Source: a virus
Lineage: Duplodnaviria > Caudoviricetes
IMG/VR virus record: IMGVR_UViG_3300032274_000763
Coordinates: 1 to 35,464 of that record
Direction: 5' to 3' (one strand)
DNA length: 35,464 nt
Part shown: in pieces, positions 18,172-26,402 of the stretch
How positions within the stretch are numbered: position 1 is the first letter of the stretch
How the letters are laid out: every line of letters starts with the position of its first letter
The notes under the pieces: model-generated
What the model saw: the letters and a program-made list of their open reading frames with translations, nothing else
Databases searched by the model: none
What the model was told of the DNA's origin: nothing
Position numbers and translations under genes: made by a program

Positions 18172-18843
18172 GTTGACTGTCTCCTTATCAAGGTTGGGCT
18201 CTGTGAAAGCATTTGCGGAATCCGCATCGTCATCCAGACGGTCGGCCGCTTCCCGAAGCCATTCGATGCGCCAGTCAGGCAATACGCTGTCAGCAGCGTC
18301 TTTGCCGTCTTGCTCGATCATGTAATCGCGCATGGAGCGGAAAATGTCGGCAACATTTCTGAAGAGTTGACCGCCGCCCTCGCTGAACTCAAAACCGACA
18401 GCGCCTTCGTCATCACCGGCAAACTGCACGGGCCGCAAGCCCTTGACGGCGGGTATCTTGGCCCCCAGAAAACCAACGTGCTTCAGGTGCCACTTGCCGG
18501 GTGTCGGATTTGCAGGGTCTCTAGGAGGATACAGCCACGGCGAAATTTTCTTGAACTGGCCGTCGCGGACAGCTTCAGAGAATGCGGTCTGGACTTCATC
18601 AACAGTGGCAACCAACCGGTCACCATCGACATGCAGCCCCTTGACCCAACCGCGTGCCGGATCATCCAGGGCGGGATGCCCGATAACCAGCGGGGCTTCA
18701 TGGTTGGCGGCGTCGTAACTGGACGCTACTTCCTGCAGCATGGCACCGTCCACCACAAGCGCCGGACCACGCATTGGACGATGAGTGCCGGTGCGGAAAA
18801 TTTCGATCTGGCGTTCTGCGGTGAGGGCGATGGCTTGCGGCAT
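17662..18843 (-). CDS. Capsid maturation protease with C-terminal scaffold (Mu gpI/Z-like)
   Basis: IEIFRTGTH, EAPLVIGHP, ARGWV, FKKIS, LKHVGFLGA..PAVKGL motifs; acidic coiled-coil C-terminal half. Confidence 0.9.
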   Translation of the reverse strand: MPQAIALTAERQIEIFRTGTHRPMRGPALVVDGAMLQEVASSYDAANHEAPLVIGHPALDDPARGWVKGLHVDGDRLVATVDEVQTAFSEAVRDGQFKKISPWLYPPRDPANPTPGKWHLKHVGFLGAKIPAVKGLRPVQFAGDDEGAVGFEFSEGGGQLFRNVADIFRSMRDYMIEQDGKDAADSVLPDWRIEWLREAADRLDDDADSANAFTEPNLDKETVNMADTPATPTAEELAKRQAELDTREQETKKREAAFAERESVARTAENETFVDGLIEAARLPSGMRGEVLAFMEAIDGGDAFAFGEGDDDENLSAVDAFKRITDKLPVLVSLEEAAGSSKHMSIQSGYAFAAPGGFEIDIDGVELDQQAKAYQKQNPNTPYLDAVKAVQSA

Positions 18844-18880
18844 GTCAGTTCTTCATTTCCGATCTCCGTTGATCCGGCTT

Positions 18881-18957
18881 TGGTTGCGAGAACAGGATTT
18901 GAGCCTGTGACCTTCTGGTTATGAGCCAGACGAGCTACCGGGCTGCTCTATCCCGCG
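18881..18957 (-). tRNA. tRNA-Met(CAT), initiator (fMet) type, variant
   Basis: CGCGGGATAGAGCAGCCCGGTAGCTCGTCTGGCTCATAACCAGAAGGTCACAGGCTCAAATCCTGTTCTCGCAACCA; full cloverleaf, C1:A72 mismatch, A11:U24 pair, encoded CCA. Confidence 0.93.
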
Positions 18958-18971
18958 TTTGGATGATTGGG

Positions 18972-19017
18972 ACGATGAAGGATGGGCGCACGGATAACCA
19001 CCCTGAAGGATTCAGGG
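18972..19017 (-). promoter_or_regulatory. Putative activator-dependent late promoter for the tRNA and head operon
   Basis: Dyad CCCTGAA-TCC-TTCAGGG, 23-nt spacer, then CATCGT -10-like box; same geometry as the site before the endolysin. Confidence 0.65.
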
Positions 19018-19248
19018 ATGTTTTGATCAATGCGTATGGGGAGGCGGCTGTCCGCGCCAAGGGATGCCGTCGACGAATCGAAGCATCGCCCGAAACAGGT
19101 GTGGATGTCAAACTTGGGGGATCAGGCAGCGCAAAAATATGCCCTGTGGGCGACTTTAACGGGGGGTTAACGGCCTATAGTGGGATTTTAGCCTGTACCA
19201 TGCCTAGATGTAGTGCATCAGGCACCACGGCGCATTTTTCGGGAAACG

Positions 19249-19277
19249 TTGAAAGCGCCGGAAATTTGGCGTAAGAT
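19249..19277 (+). promoter_or_regulatory. Sigma70-type promoter antisense to the MuF 3' end
   Basis: TTGAAA - 17 nt - TAAGAT. Confidence 0.7.
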
Positions 19278-19283
19278 CAGGTT

Positions 19284-19367
19284 ATGGACTGAGGGTCACA
19301 AGGCAGACGCGGTGCCGACCTGAAAACGTCTTTTGGCCGGGTGGCCGCTTCCCACCCAGGCCCCCAT
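19284..19367 (+). ncRNA. Putative small structured RNA downstream of the antisense promoter
   Basis: ATGG/CCAT closing pair; hairpin GGTC-GGCA/TGCC-GACC; hairpin GGCC-GGGTGG/CCACCC-GGCC; complementary loops GCGG and CCGC. Confidence 0.5.
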
Positions 19368-19368
19368 C

Positions 19369-20628
19369 TCATCGTTCGGTATTGTCCAGGTCGCGGGCAT
19401 AGACCAGACGCCCGGCGCGTTGACGCTGTACGTTGCTGAAATCACGGGTCAGAAAAGCGGTCCACGCCTCGAACCGCCCCTCCACCGCCTGGGCAACCAG
19501 AAGCAAGACGCGATCCTTGCCGACGTTGACCGCCTTGATCATCCGCTTTCGCAATTGCACCTGCCCGGTTCCACGATGACGTTCAAACCTGATCCAGATT
19601 TCGTGGGGATTTTCGATCAACTCAGGCAACAAAGATGCCATGGGTGCCCGCTCCAGCGGCATATGTTCGGCCAGCGCCTTGGCGTTAACCAGCAGAGGCG
19701 AGCCATCCGGCAATTCAAATATCTTTTCTTCGCCGCCCAAAGTAGCCTCGATACGGCGCTGCAGATCAACCGTCGACTTCACCTTGGGACCCAGACGGGC
19801 GGCGGGTTTATCCACAGGAATTCGTTCTGGCCGGTTCAGGGTTCGCCATGTGTCGGTGTCCAAAGGCTCCCACGCCTTGGCGCCTTGCGCCCTCCATGCG
19901 GCCATGCTGTTTTCGGAAATTTGCGTGCCCCATGCCGCTTCACCGGGATTGTAGGCGAAACCCGGATCAACGCCCTTCGGCACTGAAACCGATAACGGCC
20001 CGGACGGCGTATTGATGGTCCGGGTTTCCAGCTCGATCTTCGGCGCGGTCTTGGAAACCTTCAGCCCATATCGCTTGAGATCACGAATTGACAACTGAAT
20101 GGCCACACATAGGCAGCCCCAGCCGTTCATGGGGTTGTGGGTTTTCCACCATGGATCATCGACGGGCAGGACGGTGTTGTGCCAGCTTGCATGTTCGGCT
20201 CGGGTATGCGGTCCAAGCACCGATCTGTAGCCGAGATACGGTCGGGTCTTTTTGGTCCGCTGGATTTGTTTCCAGCGCCCGGCCTGCATGCTTTGGCGCA
20301 TGTTGGTGTGATAGATGGTCTTGGACCGCCAGCCGCGCTCTCCCTTATATGACCAGCCGTGCCGGGCGACGATGGTATCGAAGTCCTTTCGGAAATCGGC
20401 CAGTGTGCGACCGTCTTCCATATTCTTCATGAGCGCCTGTTGAAAATCACCCAGCAAGGCATCCGATTGCGCCCCGGCGACGACAAAGGCCCGCGCATGC
20501 ATGCCTTCCCAGAGATCGGTCCAGGCTTGAGTTGGCAACCGCACCTTCTGGCGGAAGGTTTGGATGGCCTCTTCGAAAGGCAGACCCAACCCCAGCGGTT
20601 TAGGTTTCTTAAGTTTCTTGGTCATCAC
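19369..20628 (-). CDS. MuF head morphogenesis protein with C-terminal PBECR2-like nuclease domain
   Basis: LPFEEAI..FRQK, HARAFVVAGA, H..WH..VLPVDDPWW.TH.P.NGWGC.C and GVDPGFAYNPG, then ~120 aa with ENPHEIW, RKRMIK, WTAF and QRAGRLVYAR. Confidence 0.88.
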   Translation of the reverse strand: MMTKKLKKPKPLGLGLPFEEAIQTFRQKVRLPTQAWTDLWEGMHARAFVVAGAQSDALLGDFQQALMKNMEDGRTLADFRKDFDTIVARHGWSYKGERGWRSKTIYHTNMRQSMQAGRWKQIQRTKKTRPYLGYRSVLGPHTRAEHASWHNTVLPVDDPWWKTHNPMNGWGCLCVAIQLSIRDLKRYGLKVSKTAPKIELETRTINTPSGPLSVSVPKGVDPGFAYNPGEAAWGTQISENSMAAWRAQGAKAWEPLDTDTWRTLNRPERIPVDKPAARLGPKVKSTVDLQRRIEATLGGEEKIFELPDGSPLLVNAKALAEHMPLERAPMASLLPELIENPHEIWIRFERHRGTGQVQLRKRMIKAVNVGKDRVLLLVAQAVEGRFEAWTAFLTRDFSNVQRQRAGRLVYARDLDNTER

Positions 20629-22114
20629 TGTCCTGCCCGGTCAGATCGGCCAGTATCATGGCGCGGGCGATAACGTCACGCCGCCTTGTCGGGTCCGCTT
20701 CGATCTCCAGCAAACGGCGGGTCAGATCATCAGCATCCGAGGCCGCGAATACGGCATCGTGAACAAGGCCGACAAGCTGATCGGTTTCTTCACCCAGGGC
20801 GCGTTCAAGCTGATCGACCAGAGCATCCGTGGCTTCGCGTTCCGGCGATGTCGCCAAACTCTCATCGCTTTCGCTGAAGGCCGGTACCGGTTCCGAGCCA
20901 GTTCCGCTAAAGGCGATGGGAAGTCTGACCAGTTCCTCGGCATACCATTTATCCACGAGGTGTTGAGGGATGGAATATCCGGCATTGTTATAGGTCTCGA
21001 CAATTTCGGCCCGCCATTTCTCCAGCGCGGCTTCTTCACTCAAGTCTTCCTCCTTGATCCGTCTGACGCGGGGACACCGGGCACCGGGGAAGTTGACATC
21101 GACCAGCCATTTGATAAACGTTTCTTCAAGTGTATCGGACAACAGATCGGCGTCGGCGTCTGTCAATTCTTCGCGCACGTCATCGTGCGTGGACGCCGCC
21201 GCCTTTGAGCCGACCTTGCCGATATTGGTGGTCAGGGTTTCACCGAGAACACATTCCGACGCCTGTTCATCCGTATAGCGGCAAAGCTGATCGTAAGTCA
21301 GCCCGTTGCCGCCACGCTGGGCCTCCAGTAACGTCAAAACCGTGCCCGTGGGGATCGCCACGGCGGTTTCGCTGGAGACCGCCGCCGCCGCCTCCAGAAC
21401 CGCATCACGTAAATGATCCTGACCTGCGGGGTATTCGCCGACTGTTGTGGGGGCGCCGAACTTCTCACAGAAAGTCAGCCAGAAAGCGACCCCCTGTCGT
21501 TTGAACCAGGCGTACCAGAAAAGACGATGACCCAAGCCAAGGCCGTAAGGATCGCTGTCACGCGGATTGAAGCGATGAACAACAAACTTTTGGGCGGGCA
21601 ATTCTTCACCCTTCAGCATATTCTCCCACGTCAGCAGCCGAAGGTTTTCCTCATCGTCAAAAATGAAGCGCCGCTGGTCTCGCTTTTTAACGTCGGCGAT
21701 CCACAGCCGTCCGTCGTTGATTTCCCACATGACCTCCCCAACGGCGAAACCCTTGAGGATGGCGTCGAGAAGCTCCAGACAGATACGGTCAAAGGAAATG
21801 GCGCGAAGATTTTCCTCAACCAGTTCCGCCGCCGCCTTATCCAGCGCATCTTCAGATGCGGCCTTGACTTCAAATTCACGAGCGACAACGGCCATCTTGC
21901 GTTTCTGCAACACGGCATAGATGTGAGGGTCGCGCTCCACCTCGTCATAAATCTTGAGGCCCCGGCCATGGCCGCGCTCAATCAGGGTTTCATCGGTGGG
22001 CCTCAGCAGGCCGGAGAACCGATCAATATAGATATTGCGGCGGCTGGTCGCGACCTCGCGGCCCAGCATACCGGCCTTTGTGGTGTCGTCTGTGGCGTTG
22101 TTTTCTTCGGCCAT
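20609..22114 (-). CDS. Portal protein, Mu gp29 / DUF935 family
   Basis: ERDPHIYAVLQKRK, DAILKGFAVGEVMW, CEKFGAP, VLGETLTT motifs; start after AGGAGG. Confidence 0.92.
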   Translation of the reverse strand: MAEENNATDDTTKAGMLGREVATSRRNIYIDRFSGLLRPTDETLIERGHGRGLKIYDEVERDPHIYAVLQKRKMAVVAREFEVKAASEDALDKAAAELVEENLRAISFDRICLELLDAILKGFAVGEVMWEINDGRLWIADVKKRDQRRFIFDDEENLRLLTWENMLKGEELPAQKFVVHRFNPRDSDPYGLGLGHRLFWYAWFKRQGVAFWLTFCEKFGAPTTVGEYPAGQDHLRDAVLEAAAAVSSETAVAIPTGTVLTLLEAQRGGNGLTYDQLCRYTDEQASECVLGETLTTNIGKVGSKAAASTHDDVREELTDADADLLSDTLEETFIKWLVDVNFPGARCPRVRRIKEEDLSEEAALEKWRAEIVETYNNAGYSIPQHLVDKWYAEELVRLPIAFSGTGSEPVPAFSESDESLATSPEREATDALVDQLERALGEETDQLVGLVHDAVFAASDADDLTRRLLEIEADPTRRRDVIARAMILADLTGQDSDDQET

Positions 22115-22125
22115 CTTTCCTCCTG

Positions 22126-23787
22126 TCAACCTCCTATGAAACTGCCGAGCTGGCTAGTCGCCCGGCGCTTGCCACTGGAGGTAATCTGTGACGGATGGCC
22201 GAAGTTCGTCGCCACCCACCACAGCATGGCCAGCGCATCCGGGCCATCGTCATGATCGGCTTTCGGCCAGTGCTTGAGTTGGGAAATCAGTGTCTTGTGA
22301 TTGGGGTTGACGCGGATCAGACCGTTAACCGTATGCGGCTGGATGGCGGCGATCCGCAAATCCTTATCGACGCTTGAGACGTAGGGTACTGCCGGAACAG
22401 GTGTGGCGTATTCCTCTCTGGCAGATCGGTTGACCAGAGTGGTTCTGAAGAATTCCTGAAACTGAACGCTCTCAATCGCCCACTGAAGACATCGATACTG
22501 ACGCTGGAAACTGATGACATCGGATATGATGATGTCCGGTACGCGCTTGCGAATGTCGGCCTCAACAACATCCAGAATTCCCGTTTCCATGCTGAAGCCG
22601 CCAACCAGAATAGCGGACGGATCACGCCCTTCGCCACGTTTGCCGAGACTGGGATCGCAGGCACCGAAAAACAGCCAGTCGCTTAACCGCTCGACCCAGA
22701 ACGTCAATTCCGTGAAGGTCCGGTCTCCGGATACCGGGTCATTCTGAAACTCGCTGTCGAAAGCGTCATGGCCGACCCGAAATCGTGTCTTCATCAGGAA
22801 ATAGAGGGGACGCTTTTCCGGCCATGAAACTTCCGCCCCGGCCTCCATGGTCATCCGGTTTTTCTGATAGAAGAGATCGGCGGCGCGTTCACCATCGTTG
22901 TGCAAAATTTCTTCCCAGCGGTCCCACAGCGTCATGTTATCGGGCCAGCGGTTGATGGCGTAAAACGTCACGGACTGCCACAATGGGTTCGCCTGGGTGC
23001 GGACCAGAACGGAGTCATAATGCAGGATCGTGCCGACATAGAGGATGTCGGTTTTTTCACCGGCCTCGCCAAGGTTTTCGACGGCCTTGTTCAGCCAGCC
23101 CTGTAGTTTGTCTCGTTGTTTGGGGTTCTGAACGTTCTCATCATTTTCGATGTCATCAAGAACAACCAGGTCGGGACGGTAGGGACCATGCTTGAGACCG
23201 CGCACCTTCTGACCGCCGCCCCGCGCATGGACCTTGAGGCTTGTGCGCGTGACAATCACACCTTCATTCCAGACCCGGCCTTTACCGGTCAGATCGGGGA
23301 AGTCCACGCCCAGACGCGGGTTGCGCTCCAGTTCCGCCTTGATGGCTTCGAGATGGACAGCGGCCTGCTCGTAGGTATCCATGATCAGGACGGCATAACG
23401 CTTGCGTCGATACGCCAGACACCAGATCAGAAAAATCAATGACACATAAGTGGATTTGGATTCGCCTCGTGGAGCGGCCAGCGCCAGCGTTGAACTCTCT
23501 GGCTTGTCCAATACGGCGGGCAGATTTTTGAACAGCCAGCGATGAAATGCCGAAGGCGGTATCGGATCTGTTCCATTTGCGGGACCGCCCGTTTTTCCCC
23601 GGATATAATGAGGGAAGTAGGTGCGGGCAAAAAACCAGAAATCAGTCTCGGCTTTCTTCAGCCGTTTGGCGCGGGCTTGCGGATCGGGATCGAACCCGGC
23701 CACCGAAGTTTCGACGAACAATTGAAACTGCCGGGCATATTCGGCGATGTTCTTCCTGAATTCGTTTCGCGTGACTTTGCTAACCAT
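22126..23787 (-). CDS. Terminase large subunit
   Basis: Walker A APRGESKST, Walker B RPDLVVLDDIEND, VGTILH, nuclease ACDPSLG and HDDGPDAL; start MVSKV overlaps the small subunit. Confidence 0.95.
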   Translation of the reverse strand: MVSKVTRNEFRKNIAEYARQFQLFVETSVAGFDPDPQARAKRLKKAETDFWFFARTYFPHYIRGKTGGPANGTDPIPPSAFHRWLFKNLPAVLDKPESSTLALAAPRGESKSTYVSLIFLIWCLAYRRKRYAVLIMDTYEQAAVHLEAIKAELERNPRLGVDFPDLTGKGRVWNEGVIVTRTSLKVHARGGGQKVRGLKHGPYRPDLVVLDDIENDENVQNPKQRDKLQGWLNKAVENLGEAGEKTDILYVGTILHYDSVLVRTQANPLWQSVTFYAINRWPDNMTLWDRWEEILHNDGERAADLFYQKNRMTMEAGAEVSWPEKRPLYFLMKTRFRVGHDAFDSEFQNDPVSGDRTFTELTFWVERLSDWLFFGACDPSLGKRGEGRDPSAILVGGFSMETGILDVVEADIRKRVPDIIISDVISFQRQYRCLQWAIESVQFQEFFRTTLVNRSAREEYATPVPAVPYVSSVDKDLRIAAIQPHTVNGLIRVNPNHKTLISQLKHWPKADHDDGPDALAMLWWVATNFGHPSQITSSGKRRATSQLGSFIGG

Positions 23788-24277
23788 AATGCGCCGCCAA
23801 TACGGAGGCGAAGGGTTCGAGCACTTCGAGGAAAGCGGGTCCATGTTCCGGGTGGTTGTCATGAACGAAGCGGCCAAACCGTTGCAACACATCCTGGGCG
23901 ACGGCCAGTTCGGAAATTTCCGGCGCAACCCGACCAGCGGCGGACATGGTTTTGGAAAAGGCGTCGGCCAGACTTGACAGCGCTTTGGCTTTATCGATTG
24001 GCCTTACGTCTTCGGCCTTGCCGAGATCGTCAATTACGGACTGGTGAAGGCGAACAAAGTCCTCAATCAGGGTCAGAAGCAGACTGTCATTTCCACCGCC
24101 CGCCATGGCCGATGCGGCGCGGGCCTTGTCCCAGTCGTCGCCGTCTGACCTCGCTTTGTTTTTCCACTTCCGGGCTGTCGACACCGGCACACCGGCGTCT
24201 TTGGCAGATGCCCCCAACGGCAAACGGCGATGAACGAATGCAGCCCTGACAGCGGCGCGTTTTTCCGGGCCATGCAC
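23780..24277 (-). CDS. Putative terminase small subunit (DUF1804 family)
   Basis: N-terminal HTH (GVPVSTARKWK), GDDWDKARAA, LADAFSK; directly upstream of the large subunit. Confidence 0.85.
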   Translation of the reverse strand: MHGPEKRAAVRAAFVHRRLPLGASAKDAGVPVSTARKWKNKARSDGDDWDKARAASAMAGGGNDSLLLTLIEDFVRLHQSVIDDLGKAEDVRPIDKAKALSSLADAFSKTMSAAGRVAPEISELAVAQDVLQRFGRFVHDNHPEHGPAFLEVLEPFASVLAAHYG

Positions 24278-24281
24278 GTGA

Positions 24282-24503
24282 TCATCCCGCCTTGAAAGCC
24301 GTAGTGATCAGAGCGACGGCAACGCCGACAACGCCGCCCGAGACGGCTCCATTGACGGCAGATTTTTTCTCGACCGACAGCAGCCGGTCATCAATTGACC
24401 CAACGGAGGTTTCAATATTGGAGACGCTCGTCCTGATACCGGTCATCTCACCCTGGAGTCGACCGACCATCTGGTGAAGTTGATTGATTGTTTCTTCACT
24501 CAT
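24282..24503 (-). CDS. Small coiled-coil protein with C-terminal membrane anchor (possible holin or lysis accessory)
   Basis: 73 aa heptad pattern followed by GAVSGGVVGVAVALIT. Confidence 0.7.
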   Translation of the reverse strand: MSEETINQLHQMVGRLQGEMTGIRTSVSNIETSVGSIDDRLLSVEKKSAVNGAVSGGVVGVAVALITTAFKAG

Positions 24504-25309
24504 GAAACGCTACTCCGTTGATGACCTTTAGGGGTGATCAGATTTTCAAGACAGTCGATGTAGCCTCCGATTCTGTGATCGGTAAACGCTCGAACGTTGC
24601 CATGTTTAAAATCCCAATTCAGATAACTTTGCACCAAGCCGGACATCTCTTTCCAGATTCCGGCATCGGCATGAAGTTGCCCGCTGTAATCGAAGAACAG
24701 CGCTGGGCCATCATGGCGGAACCCGAGCGCCAAAAACGGCACCCGAGGCACGATGTCCGCATCATGTACGTAACGACGGTGGATGCAGAAATCGGATAGG
24801 ACGGTCGCGAATTTGGTATTGCCAACGCGGGGTGCGCCAAAGGTCGTTACGTAGTCTGCCAGATCATTGTACCCGGCGAGGATCGCCAGGGCACCGCCGA
24901 GAGAATGACCAACAGCTTCGATCTCAAATCCTCTGTTCCACAGTTTCACGCACCGCGACAGGCAGTGTCCGTAGACGCCGTTAAAGGCCGTTTTAAAACC
25001 GCGATGCACATTGATCCTGTTAACAGGCAATCCGAGCGGTTCTTTTCGAAACTTGAGGTCTGTCAGAATATCGGCAAAGTTCTTCTCGGTCCCCCGGAAT
25101 ACCAGATAGGCTTTTGCCGGTGTTTGCCCCCAGGTGAAATAACCCTGGGTATTCGTGGCCGGGTCGGCAACCCGCTCAACTTCTGAAAATCCAAGCGCCC
25201 ACAACGCGTCGCCGAGGCGGGTTTTATCCCGCTCATAGGCCAAGGCCGCCAACCTGCATTTAAGCAGGTCGACAGCCAAAGCATCTGCGGCGATGGATGT
25301 GCCAGTCAC
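24500..25309 (-). CDS. Class 3 lipase / phospholipase A1-like alpha/beta hydrolase
   Basis: LVFRGTE, VHRGF, GHSLGG, TFGAPRVGN, DIVPRVP and DH..GY: complete Ser-Asp-His triad; GTG start 2 nt after the upstream stop. Confidence 0.92.
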   Translation of the reverse strand: MTGTSIAADALAVDLLKCRLAALAYERDKTRLGDALWALGFSEVERVADPATNTQGYFTWGQTPAKAYLVFRGTEKNFADILTDLKFRKEPLGLPVNRINVHRGFKTAFNGVYGHCLSRCVKLWNRGFEIEAVGHSLGGALAILAGYNDLADYVTTFGAPRVGNTKFATVLSDFCIHRRYVHDADIVPRVPFLALGFRHDGPALFFDYSGQLHADAGIWKEMSGLVQSYLNWDFKHGNVRAFTDHRIGGYIDCLENLITPKGHQRSSVS

Positions 25310-25311
25310 GG

Positions 25312-25824
25312 TTATCCCCGGCGCTGGATTCGGGCGTGGATTTCGCTGGCGGCCTCGACAGCCGCCTCCCATTCTTCCACCGTTGGACCACGCGCCTCGG
25401 CGCTCATGGCGTTCATGGTTCGGCGGATACGCAGGATTGGCTCAGCGGTGACCGCTCCCGTTCGGGCAAGGTGCAAGGCCGCCGATTTCAGATCATAAAA
25501 CGGAAGGCCTTTGATTTCCGAACCCGCCGCCAGCAACCGCAGCTGGTTGCGCACGCTTTTCGCAACCACCTCGAACTTTGCCGACGTCGCCTTGTCCAGC
25601 GCGGCCAGATGCAAGGCGGTGATGGCCCCAAAAGCCGCCCGCTCCAGTTGGGCTGGTGCCTTGGTTTCGGCCAGATTGGCCAGTTCCGTATAGACAAGCA
25701 TCGCCCTGTAGGCGCGTTGATCCTGGGTGGTCGCGTTACCCAGCGTGAAATCACGCGTAGCGGTGCACCCGCTGATCAGGGCCAATGCCGCCGCGACGGC
25801 AATGCAGATTTTAGAAATGTTCAT
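25312..25824 (-). CDS. Lipoprotein in the lysis cassette
   Basis: MNISKICIAVAAALALISGC signal peptide with lipobox; helical mature part; start overlaps the endolysin end. Confidence 0.82.
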   Translation of the reverse strand: MNISKICIAVAAALALISGCTATRDFTLGNATTQDQRAYRAMLVYTELANLAETKAPAQLERAAFGAITALHLAALDKATSAKFEVVAKSVRNQLRLLAAGSEIKGLPFYDLKSAALHLARTGAVTAEPILRIRRTMNAMSAEARGPTVEEWEAAVEAASEIHARIQRRG

Positions 25825-26395
25825 AAAGATAACCTTCCGGTCTGTCATACGCGCGTCGAAGCCAGCCCGCCTCAAAATTTGAAGACTGAAGCGAACGGAA
25901 GAAACCGGCGGCTTCGGCGCAGGTGGCGACGAAAAGAACATGCGACGCGCGATGCAGCATGTTGCCGGTGTAAAGATTGATGGACTGGATCGTGCCCGAT
26001 CCCATGATGCCGTCTTCGAGGACGGCCGTCCCACAAGCGCGAAGTGCGCGCTGCACAATATGGCTTGATCCCTTGAAACCGGACACCACCATCAGGTCAA
26101 AGATTTTGGCGGCGATGTGTTGATTGGTAACCTCATCAAGACGGCGACGCGCCCAGAGCTGACGATAGTAACGTCCCGCAGTGATTGCGTTCATTTGCCG
26201 GATGTCGTCAGCATCCACATCACCATCTCCATCGATGTCGAAGTCCAGTCGACCATCGCCATCGATATCGCCTAGCTTCACCGCCATACGAAGGGATATG
26301 CCGTACTTTGTCGGCCCGCCCTTGTCGGCGGGATGATCGGAAAAACCGCCCTCGTGTTTGAGGACAAAAGGCAAGACGTGTGCGAAGGTTTCCAT
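25811..26395 (-). CDS. Endolysin, glycoside hydrolase family 108 with C-terminal peptidoglycan-binding domain
   Basis: HEGGFSDHPADKGGPTKYGI, VQRAL...DGIMG..T, FEAGWLRR motifs. Confidence 0.93.
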   Translation of the reverse strand: METFAHVLPFVLKHEGGFSDHPADKGGPTKYGISLRMAVKLGDIDGDGRLDFDIDGDGDVDADDIRQMNAITAGRYYRQLWARRRLDEVTNQHIAAKIFDLMVVSGFKGSSHIVQRALRACGTAVLEDGIMGSGTIQSINLYTGNMLHRASHVLFVATCAEAAGFFRSLQSSNFEAGWLRRAYDRPEGYLYEHF

Positions 26396-26402
26396 GAACA
26401 CC

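Noticed and set aside
18881-18957. tRNA as a prophage integration (att) site
   Set aside because: It lies inside an uninterrupted head module, I saw no duplicated 3' fragment or integrase, and the phage integrates by transposition
18921-19274. 117-aa + strand ORF as a MuF immunity protein
   Set aside because: Wrong strand for co-expression; overlaps the tRNA, the late-promoter dyad and the antisense promoter; no recognisable motif
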